A stretch of DNA of 64,000 nt from an uncultured bacterium (GTDB lineage: Bacteria; UBP14; UBA6098; B30-G16): the NCBI GenBank assembly GCA_965552135.1, contig CBEVQY010000004.1, forward strand, positions 1 to 64,000. The letters run 5' to 3'. Positions within the stretch are counted from its first letter, which is position 1. The number at the start of each line of letters is the position of its first letter. The notes beneath the pieces are model-generated. The model had not been told where the DNA came from and searched no databases. It saw only the letters and a list, made by a program, of their open reading frames with translations. Made by a program: the position numbers and the translations under genes. This document shows positions 1 through 7,847 of this stretch, piece by piece.

Positions 1-95
1 GAGGGATCAGTAAGCTTGCCCTGATAGTTCAGCGTCCGCGGAACGCCAAACGCAAGCCCCACAAAAGCAAAAACCAAAAGCTTTGCGGCACGCAT
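1..95 (-). CDS. N-terminus of a secreted protein (runs off window edge)
   Basis: Manual translation MRAAKLLVFAFVGLAFGVPRTLNYQGKLTDP; signal peptide then PxxLNYQGxLTD motif common in large secreted proteins; AAGGAGG RBS upstream. Confidence 0.7.
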   Translation of the reverse strand, partial: MRAAKLLVFAFVGLAFGVPRTLNYQGKLTDP

Positions 96-216
96 ACGCC
101 CCCTCCTTGTCTTAACAAACTAACATCGACCTGCGAGCATGCCTTCTACGCTTGAGGTATGAGAAAAGTCCGCGCCAGCATGAACGAAAGGCGGGCGCGG
201 CGCACAAAACCGCCCC

Positions 217-771
217 CTAAACCCTCCTGTACTTCTCCACGCCCTCTTTAAAGATATCTCCGCCGTGGGAATCCTGCGCCACGATGACGGGGAAATCCTC
301 CACCACAAGCTTTCGCACAGCCTCGGAGAGAAGCTCTGGGAATGCTATAACCTCTGCCTGCTTGATTGCCTTTGCGATGAGCGCAGCTGCGCCACCTGTG
401 GCGGCGAAGTAGACCGCGCCATACTTCTTCATCGCCTCGACCACCTCGGGACCACGGGCGCCCTTGCCTATCATCCCGCGCTGACCGTGGGCAATAAGCA
501 CAGGAGAGTACGCATCCATCCTGTAGCTTGTCGTTGGTCCGGCAGAGCCTATGGGCTTCCCGGGCGGAGCAGGCGCAGGACCCACATAGTACATCACCGA
601 ACCCTCGAGAGGAAACGGAAGTTCCTCGCCGCGCTCAAGCATCTCCACAAGCCTTTTGTGCGCAGCATCGCGCGCCGTGTAAACAACGCCCGAAAGGTAA
701 ACTGTATCGCCAGCGCGGAGCCTCCTCACGTCCTCCTCGCTAAGCGGTGTCGTTAAGCGATATTCCGCCAT
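217..771 (-). CDS. Fe-S hydro-lyase beta subunit (class I fumarate hydratase / tartrate dehydratase beta type)
   Basis: TARDAAHKRL, GPTTSYRMD, MIGKG motifs; start reset to MAEYRL. Confidence 0.9.
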   Translation of the reverse strand: MAEYRLTTPLSEEDVRRLRAGDTVYLSGVVYTARDAAHKRLVEMLERGEELPFPLEGSVMYYVGPAPAPPGKPIGSAGPTTSYRMDAYSPVLIAHGQRGMIGKGARGPEVVEAMKKYGAVYFAATGGAAALIAKAIKQAEVIAFPELLSEAVRKLVVEDFPVIVAQDSHGGDIFKEGVEKYRRV

Positions 772-891
772 GACTCCCCCTTCGCAAAAATTCAGCCAGA
801 AGCTTAACATAAGCTCTAAAACTCTTATGTCAAGGCTCAAAACGCAAAGCTTAGGCTTGATTTTTTCGGGGAAAATTATTACAAAGGATGT

Positions 892-2223
892 GTGAGGGTC
901 TTTTTTGCGGCGACATTGTTTCTGTGTGGTGCGCTTTGGGCGGGGTCGCTGGGGCTTGCGGTGGACTGGGCTGATTTCCGAGGCGACTCTGTCGGCAAAA
1001 GCTGGCTTGAGGTCTACACAAGCGTAAGGCAAGAGCGCTTTCGCTTCGTCTTCGACCAGACGCAGCCCGCCTACGTGGCGAGCCTGCGCGTTTGCGTGAC
1101 GGTGACCGATACAGCCGGCGCCGCCGTCGACTCCGTCGGATACTCAGCGCCAATCGTCGTCCCACCGAACGAACCCGTGACCAGGCAGATGAGGATAATA
1201 AACCTCTACCCCTTCGAGCTTCCGCCCGGGCGATACAGCGTCGAGGTGCTTGTGGAGGACATCCTGGGCGGAAGGTCCGACACCGCCGAAATAAACGTCG
1301 AACTGCGAAACTTCTGGACCGACACGTTCGAGGCTTCGGGGATCATGCTGGCGTACACCGCAAAACCCACGGACGAGGAGAGCAACCTCGTCCGCTTCGG
1401 GAGGAAGATGTACCCGAACCCGCAGGCTCGCTTCGACCTGAACTACCCCGTGGTCTACTACTACGTGGAGTTTTACTTCCCCCGCCCGCTGGGGAGGAGG
1501 CTTTTGGTCCGGCGCAGAATCTTTTCCGCCGACACCGTCTTCCGCGAATTTGAGCCTGTTTGGCGAAATTTCCCGCTCGACGGCGGAGCATACATAGGCG
1601 GCTTTTCCGTTGCAGGATTCCCCGACGGGGAGTATACTTTGGAGGTGGGGATAGCGGACGAAGGCGGCGCCGTGCTCGCCTCCGCAAAGCGAAAGTTCCT
1701 TGTGGCAAAAAAGCCCCGCGTGCCGAAGACGACGGTATCGAGGGACGCCGTGGAGCGTATGAGGGACATACTCTACTACCTTCTTGCGCCCGAGCAGCTT
1801 AAGGCGTTCGACGAGCTTACGCCCGACGAAAAGCTCGCCTTCTGGACGAAGTTCTGGGCGAGCAAAGACCCCGACCCAAAAACGCCCGAAAACGAGTTTA
1901 AGGACGAGTACATCGCGCGCTGGGAGTATGCCAACAAAGCCTTCGGAAACGCACAGACGCCTGGCTGGCGAACCGACGAGGGAAGAATCTACATCCTCTA
2001 CGGTCCGCCCGACAACATCGAGCGGCACAGCATGGACTTCTCATCAAACCAGTGGGAGGTTTGGTCGTACTTTGAGGAAAACTACTTCTTCGTTTTCGCT
2101 GACGTCCTCGGCACGGGGGTGATGAAGCTTGTCCACTCCAACGTCGACGGCGAGGTCCACGACCCATACTGGAGGGAGCACATCGTCAATCCTCCGGGGG
2201 CAACGTACCAGGAAACCAGGTGA
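892..2223 (+). CDS. GWxTD domain-containing protein
   Basis: Signal peptide; FW..KDPDP.TPENE and GWRTDEGRIYILYGPP motifs. Confidence 0.9.
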   Translation: MRVFFAATLFLCGALWAGSLGLAVDWADFRGDSVGKSWLEVYTSVRQERFRFVFDQTQPAYVASLRVCVTVTDTAGAAVDSVGYSAPIVVPPNEPVTRQMRIINLYPFELPPGRYSVEVLVEDILGGRSDTAEINVELRNFWTDTFEASGIMLAYTAKPTDEESNLVRFGRKMYPNPQARFDLNYPVVYYYVEFYFPRPLGRRLLVRRRIFSADTVFREFEPVWRNFPLDGGAYIGGFSVAGFPDGEYTLEVGIADEGGAVLASAKRKFLVAKKPRVPKTTVSRDAVERMRDILYYLLAPEQLKAFDELTPDEKLAFWTKFWASKDPDPKTPENEFKDEYIARWEYANKAFGNAQTPGWRTDEGRIYILYGPPDNIERHSMDFSSNQWEVWSYFEENYFFVFADVLGTGVMKLVHSNVDGEVHDPYWREHIVNPPGATYQETR

Positions 2224-2230
2224 GGAGGCG

Positions 2231-4318
2231 ATGGACGAGCAAGTATATAAAGCGCTTCGGGAACACCTTGAGAGCAAGCCCGACTCGATAGTCTTTGCGC
2301 GGCTTGCCGAGCTTCTTGTGGAATCGGGCAACCACGAAACCGCAATGACGCTCCTCGAGAAGGGGATAGCCCAAAGCCCGGGCTACATCACAGCCTACTC
2401 CGTCCTCGGGCAGGTACTGCGCCGCTCGGGGGAGCGCGAAAAAGCCAAGGCGATAACGAAAAAGCTTCTGGAGCTTGATCCGTTCAACATAGCTGCCCTC
2501 TCCAGCCTCGCTCAGGACGAAATCGAGGAGGGGAACTTCGTCGCCGCGGCAGCTTACATCCTCCAGATACTCTCCATAGACCCGCTCAACAAGCCGGCAA
2601 GACAGATGCTTTTGGACCACTGGAAGGACTTTGAGGGAGCGTTTCCCGAGCTTCTGCAAGAGGCGCAGGAGGAGCTTCCGCCCGTCGAGATAGAAGGGAT
2701 CGAGGGCGAGGTCTTCTCCCTCATAGGGCTTGAGCCTGTCGAGGATGTCAAGCCCCTTCCCGTTGTGAGGAAGGCGGCGCCCGTGGAGCTGCCCGAGTTC
2801 GACAAGCTCGTCTCGACCCAGCCCGCAGAACCCGTCGAGATGAGCGAGATCGAGGAGGGTCCGGAGGAGCTCGTCGAGCTCGACGAGATCTTCAAGGCGT
2901 TCGAGGCGCCGCAGGTCAAAGCCGCAGAGGAACAACCACCCCCGCAACCCGAAGCTCTGCAACCCGAGGAGGAGATAGCCGCAGAGGAGGTCGAGCTTCC
3001 CTCCCTCGAAACCGAGGAGGCGACGCCCGAGATGGAGGAGATAGAGCTCGGTGAGCCCACCCCCGAGGCAGCTGTGCCCGAAGCAGCTCCCGAAGCCGCC
3101 GAGGAGGAAACCGAGCTTGAGCTCGACCTTGGGGAGGATATATTCGCCGTCCAAGAGGCTGAGGAGACCCAGGCGGAAACCGAGGAAAAGCCCCCAGCTG
3201 CAGAAGAAAAGGCTCCCGCCGAAGAGGAGGAGTTCGAGCTGTGCCTCGAGGAGGAAGGCGAGGAGGTCGCTTTGCCCGAGGCGCCACAACCCGGGGAGAA
3301 AGCCGTGGAGGAGGTTGCGCCTCCGCCACCTGAGTCCGAAGAGGCGGCGCCCGAGGAGATTGAGATCTCGGACGTCATCTTCTCCCTCGAGGAGGAGCCA
3401 AAAGCTCCGGCTGAGGTCGAAAAGCCACCACAGCCCGAGACACCACCCGAAACACAGCCCGAACCCGCTTCAGAGCCTCAGGAGGAGCTCGAGATACCCG
3501 ACATAGTGTTCCAGATCGAGGAGACAAAGCCCCAGGAGCCGCAGCCTGCACCCGCCGAAGAAAAACCTACCGAGGGCGAGATACCCGAGGTCATCTTCCA
3601 GCCCGAGGAGGGCGAGGATAAGGCGCTTGAGATTCCGCCTGTGCAGCCCAGCGCTCAATCCGCGTCAAGCGGTCCGGAGATAATCGGGGAACCCAGCGGC
3701 GAAGAGCTCGTCATCGACGAATCGATATTCGGCGTCCCGCAGGAAGCTGAACCCCAGCAGATCCAGCCGTCCCCCGAAGAGCCGCCGGCAAAAGCCCCGC
3801 CCGAAGCACCAAAGCCCGATGAAAACCTGCTGCCCGAAGAGATCATCCCGCTTGAGGAGATATTCCCTCAAAAGGGCGAGGAGGCGCCCGAGGAGATCGA
3901 GATCGAGGAGATACCTGGTCTTCAGACGAGACAAGAGACGGCGTTCGAGCCGCCAGAGGACGTCGAAAGGCTTTCGGGCTTGCAGCTTAGGGAGGAGTTC
4001 GTTCCCCCCGAGGAGACGCTGGAGATATCGGGTCTGCAGAAGCGCCCCGACGAGCCCCTGGGCGAGATAAAAGCCGAAGAGCTCGAGTCCCTCCTCTCGG
4101 AAGGTCCCGCCGAGGAAGCACCGAAAGAGGCGCCTCCACCGCCGAAGGACATCGCCACCGCCACGACGGCAGAAATATACGCCGCCCAGGGTATGACCGA
4201 AAAGGCGATAGAGATATACGAAGCGCTTCTGGCAAAACCGGACATCCCCGAGGAGGAGAAGGATCGCTACCGCAAGCGCGTTGAGCTTTTGCGCAAGCGC
4301 CTTGAGTCGCAGAAGTAG
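2231..4318 (+). CDS. TPR protein with long acidic Glu/Pro-rich linker
   Basis: N-terminal TPRs (FARLAELL, LLELDPFN); C-terminal TATTAEIYAAQG..KAIEIY motif; GAGGAGG RBS before 2231. Confidence 0.8.
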   Translation: MDEQVYKALREHLESKPDSIVFARLAELLVESGNHETAMTLLEKGIAQSPGYITAYSVLGQVLRRSGEREKAKAITKKLLELDPFNIAALSSLAQDEIEEGNFVAAAAYILQILSIDPLNKPARQMLLDHWKDFEGAFPELLQEAQEELPPVEIEGIEGEVFSLIGLEPVEDVKPLPVVRKAAPVELPEFDKLVSTQPAEPVEMSEIEEGPEELVELDEIFKAFEAPQVKAAEEQPPPQPEALQPEEEIAAEEVELPSLETEEATPEMEEIELGEPTPEAAVPEAAPEAAEEETELELDLGEDIFAVQEAEETQAETEEKPPAAEEKAPAEEEEFELCLEEEGEEVALPEAPQPGEKAVEEVAPPPPESEEAAPEEIEISDVIFSLEEEPKAPAEVEKPPQPETPPETQPEPASEPQEELEIPDIVFQIEETKPQEPQPAPAEEKPTEGEIPEVIFQPEEGEDKALEIPPVQPSAQSASSGPEIIGEPSGEELVIDESIFGVPQEAEPQQIQPSPEEPPAKAPPEAPKPDENLLPEEIIPLEEIFPQKGEEAPEEIEIEEIPGLQTRQETAFEPPEDVERLSGLQLREEFVPPEETLEISGLQKRPDEPLGEIKAEELESLLSEGPAEEAPKEAPPPPKDIATATTAEIYAAQGMTEKAIEIYEALLAKPDIPEEEKDRYRKRVELLRKRLESQK

Positions 4319-4425
4319 TGTGTTTGGGCCGGAGCCCACGCCCAAGACAAATGGGGGGGGACCACAGCAGGGCAAAAGGTCGTCCACACGGAAACGAAAG
4401 AGCGTCCCCACGAAAACGCCCCCAC

Positions 4426-4469
4426 GAAAACGAAAAGCCGCCTGCAGGCCCACAAAGCCTGCAGACGGC
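4426..4469 (-). terminator. Rho-independent terminator of the 4500-5252 gene
   Basis: On minus strand 13-bp stem GCCGTCTGCAGGC / GCCTGCAGGCGGC, 7-nt loop, followed by TTTTCGTTTT. Confidence 0.75.
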
Positions 4470-4499
4470 AGCAAACCCGGCAAGGGAAACCACAGGCGC

Positions 4500-5252
4500 T
4501 TATTCGCCCGTCACCGATATCGCCTTCCAGAAGCTTTCGGCGCCCTCATCGGTGCCCAAAATCTCACGCGCCGCCTCCTGTGGCGTGGCGAAAACCTTAT
4601 CGATGCCGTCTACCTTGACCCCCTCCTCGGTCACCACAGCCCAGAAGTCTTTGCCGCCGTGCTTGCCGTAAAGCCTTGTCCCAACGCCGAAGGTCTCCTT
4701 GCCGCCTTCAAGCCTCGCCTTGCCGGATCGAAGAGCCTCGAGCGTTTCGGTGTCCTCGGGCGGGATCGTCTTCCAGAAGATCCAGCCGCTTAGGTTGGGC
4801 AGACCCGTTACCGCCCTCGCTGCGGCGGTCATCGTCGGGAAAACGCCGTCTATCCCCTCAACGACAACGCCCTCCTCGGTGATCTGACCGAAGTACGATT
4901 TCCCCTTGTAGCGCGCGAAAAGATGCGTTCCCACGGGCGGCAGGGGCTTTGCGCGACCCCTCCTGCGAGCCGGAGCCTTCGCAGCCCTCTCCTTGGGCGG
5001 TCTGCCACGACGACCAGCACGCCTCAAACCCGCTCCTACCAAAAGCTTGTTCTTTTTTATATAATCATCAAGCTGCTGAACGGCGTTCTCAATGTCCTTC
5101 ATAAAACCGTCGATGTTGAGCATGTGGGCGCGCAGCTCCTCGTCGCGCTCGATATCCCCCTTCTTTATCGCCTTAATACGCCGACTCCTCAGCTCCTCCA
5201 AAGCCTTATCGACCCTTTTAAGCACAGCTGCAATATCAACCTGCCTCGCCAT
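4500..5252 (-). CDS. Putative DNA-binding protein: coiled coil + AT-hook-like linker + two RAMA/DUF4357-like domains
   Basis: Internal duplication GTHLFARYKGK..ITEEGVVVEG..FPT..AAAR..GWIFWK / GTRLYGKHGGK..VTEEGVKVDG..FAT..EAAR..ESFWK; RRGRPPK motif. Confidence 0.65.
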   Translation of the reverse strand: MARQVDIAAVLKRVDKALEELRSRRIKAIKKGDIERDEELRAHMLNIDGFMKDIENAVQQLDDYIKKNKLLVGAGLRRAGRRGRPPKERAAKAPARRRGRAKPLPPVGTHLFARYKGKSYFGQITEEGVVVEGIDGVFPTMTAAARAVTGLPNLSGWIFWKTIPPEDTETLEALRSGKARLEGGKETFGVGTRLYGKHGGKDFWAVVTEEGVKVDGIDKVFATPQEAAREILGTDEGAESFWKAISVTGE

Positions 5253-5298
5253 CTCTTAACCTCCTCTTACTAAAGCCAATTGTCTTCCCCTCGCCCGT

Positions 5299-5328
5299 CA
5301 AATATAAGAATGCAAAAAGTAATGTCAA
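5299..5328 (-). promoter_or_regulatory. sigma70-type promoter for the 4500-5252 gene
   Basis: TTGACA-N16-TATATT(TG) on minus strand in AT-rich divergent intergenic region. Confidence 0.6.
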
Positions 5329-5409
5329 GTTTTCTTTTATAAAAATTTTTGTATTGACTGCAGGCGTCGGAGAAATATTTGTATAAATGCATGCAAGCCG
5401 GAGGGCAAG

Positions 5410-5718
5410 ATGAAGGACAAGTTGATCCCCCAGAAGTTGCAGATAGAGCTTCCCGAGGATGTTGCCGAGGGGGTTTACTCGAACCTCGTCATCATCTCTC
5501 ACTCGCCCTCGGAGTTCGTTCTGGACTTTGTGAGGGCTGTTCCGGGGGTTCAGAAGGCTAAGGTCCAGGCGAGGATCATCATGACCCCCTTAAACGCCAA
5601 GGCGCTTCTTCGAACCCTTCAGGACAACATAACGAAGTTCGAGTCGAAGTTCGGGGAGATAAAGGTTGGCGAAGAGAAGGGCACAAGGACGATAGGCTTC
5701 TCAAGCGGTGAGGAGTGA
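5410..5718 (+). CDS. DUF3467 family protein
   Basis: EGVYSNLVIISHSPSEFVLDF and ARIIMTP..AK motifs. Confidence 0.9.
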   Translation: MKDKLIPQKLQIELPEDVAEGVYSNLVIISHSPSEFVLDFVRAVPGVQKAKVQARIIMTPLNAKALLRTLQDNITKFESKFGEIKVGEEKGTRTIGFSSGEE

Positions 5719-5722
5719 GGGG

Positions 5723-6613
5723 ATGTTGGGGGTTTTCAGGTGGCTTGCGCCCGTCCTGCTTCAAACGCTTACCATAACGGCGATCGTCGCCGTTCTCATG
5801 ATAATAACGGAGCTTTTGGGTCTCCGCTTTGCGCGGGCGCTTGAGCACGGGCTGGGCAGACGGAGGTGGCTGCAGTACCTTTTGGCATCGGCTGCGGGGT
5901 CGATCCCCGGATGCACCGGAGTGTTCGCAATCGATGCGCTCTACATGGCGGGCTACGCCGGCTTTGGCGCAATGGTAGCCGCAACGGTGGCAACATTCGG
6001 CGACGAAGCGTTCATCCTCATCGGGATGGCTGCATCGGGGAGGTCGCAGCTTACGCCCGCCGCGCTTGTGGCGCTCTTCGCTGCGCTCTTCGTCCTGGGC
6101 ATCGCCGCAGGATGGCTCGCCGACATCTACGCCGAAAAAACGAAGATGAAGTTCTGTAAAAAGTGCCCAATCGAGGTGCATCCAGAGGTCGATACAACGT
6201 CGATATGGGCGATACCCCCTTCCCACTTCATCAAGGACCACATCTGGGGGCACATCGTAAAAAAGCATATTCCAAAAACCGTTCTTTGGCTTTTCGGCAG
6301 CCTCGTTGCGGTAAAAGCCCTCGGCGAGGCTTTCGACCTTGAGACCGTGATCACACAAAACAAGGCGGTCCTGATACTAACCGCCGCAGCCGTCGGGATA
6401 CTGCCCCTCTCAGGACCGAACGTCCTTTTTGTGACGATGTTTGCGGCGGGGCTTATGCCCCTGTCGGTGACGCTGACAAACTGCATAGTCCAGGACGGGC
6501 ACGGGCTTTTGCCAATCCTGGCGTTCTCGGTGGAGGACGCGGTCAAGATAAAGGTATTCAACCTGGTCTTCGGGCTTTGCGTTGGGTTCGTTCTTATGGC
6601 GTGTGGGCTTTGA
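5723..6613 (+). CDS. Putative heavy-metal/manganese permease (ArsP_2-like)
   Basis: Multi-TM; IPGC.G, TFGDEAF, IVQDGHGLLP motifs. Confidence 0.75.
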   Translation: MLGVFRWLAPVLLQTLTITAIVAVLMIITELLGLRFARALEHGLGRRRWLQYLLASAAGSIPGCTGVFAIDALYMAGYAGFGAMVAATVATFGDEAFILIGMAASGRSQLTPAALVALFAALFVLGIAAGWLADIYAEKTKMKFCKKCPIEVHPEVDTTSIWAIPPSHFIKDHIWGHIVKKHIPKTVLWLFGSLVAVKALGEAFDLETVITQNKAVLILTAAAVGILPLSGPNVLFVTMFAAGLMPLSVTLTNCIVQDGHGLLPILAFSVEDAVKIKVFNLVFGLCVGFVLMACGL

Positions 6614-7847
6614 GTGCCTCACCGTATATCCCGAGTATCCTTTCGACGTGCACCTGAGGAGAGAACTTCGTTTCGGCGAGGTGCCGCGCCCTTTTGCCCA
6701 TCGCCTCTATCTTCTTTGTGTCCTCCCACAGTTCATCGACGGCTTGCGCGATTGCCTGAGGGGAGGCTGGCTCGAAAAGGGCTCCAACGCCCTCGTCGAC
6801 AAGCTCAGGGATACCGCCTATCCTGCTTGCCAAAACGGGCTTTGCGGCGGCAAAAGCCTCCAAAACCATCAAAGGGGCGTTCTCAAAGCACACCGACGGC
6901 AGAACGACGAACCTGCAGCCGCTCACAAGCTCCCTCAGCCTTTCCCCCCGCACGAACCCAACGAACTCCACCGGCGCCCCAAGCTTTTCGGCAAGAGCCC
7001 TCAGGCGCTCGGCGTCCGGACCCTCGCCCGCAACAACAAGCCTCCTGCGACCCAAAAGACCAAAAGCCCTAACAAGATGCTCAAGCCCCTTCTCCACAGA
7101 AAGCCTGCCGAAGTAGAGCGCATAATCCCCCGGCTGCGGATTGGGCTTAAAAAGATCAGCCATAACGAAGTTGGGCACAACCTCGAACCTCGACACATCG
7201 GGAAAGCCCATAAGCCTGTGCTGCTCGACGAGGAACCTGCTTGGCGAAATGAACCTTTCGGGGATCTTATGTGGCTTTCTGCAGGCAATGTAAAAAGCCT
7301 CAAGCGATGCCATAATGCTTGCCCCGAGGGATCCCTTTTTGCACCGCCTAAGTGGCGGCAAAAGCAGCCTCAGGAGGGTGTTTCGGCACCTTGCGCACGG
7401 CTCACCGCGGCGATCGTCGAAAAGGTTGGTGTTGGGGCAAACAAGTATGTGATCGTGCAGGGACCAGACCATCGGTATCCCCCTCGCCCTCACGGCATCG
7501 ACCACAGAGAGCGTGAGGTGATGGAGGAAGTTGTGGAGGTGGACGACGTCGACGGGATGGTCTCGCAGGAGACGTTCGAGCTTCTCCCTCGCCTCTCTGA
7601 AGTAGAATACCCTCGACGCCACCCGCAGGAAGTTCTTCGGCGTCGGTCGGGCAAGCATCTCCCTGAAGTCGATGAAGCTTACGAAATAGTCCTGGAAGGG
7701 GCACGGGAGGTTCTGGGGCGCCGACATGGCGAAGTGAACGACCACATGCCCCCTCTGCTGCAGAAGGCGCGTGAGGTTGAACACGTAGACAGGTGCTCCG
7801 CCGCGGTGGTAGTGGTATGTGTTGACCATAAGGATTCGCATAGGCAT
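6594..7847 (-). CDS. Glycosyltransferase family 4
   Basis: RGGA N-terminus, GRLSVEKG, ENAPLMVLEA motifs. Confidence 0.9.
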   Translation of the reverse strand: MPMRILMVNTYHYHRGGAPVYVFNLTRLLQQRGHVVVHFAMSAPQNLPCPFQDYFVSFIDFREMLARPTPKNFLRVASRVFYFREAREKLERLLRDHPVDVVHLHNFLHHLTLSVVDAVRARGIPMVWSLHDHILVCPNTNLFDDRRGEPCARCRNTLLRLLLPPLRRCKKGSLGASIMASLEAFYIACRKPHKIPERFISPSRFLVEQHRLMGFPDVSRFEVVPNFVMADLFKPNPQPGDYALYFGRLSVEKGLEHLVRAFGLLGRRRLVVAGEGPDAERLRALAEKLGAPVEFVGFVRGERLRELVSGCRFVVLPSVCFENAPLMVLEAFAAAKPVLASRIGGIPELVDEGVGALFEPASPQAIAQAVDELWEDTKKIEAMGKRARHLAETKFSPQVHVERILGIYGEALKAHTP

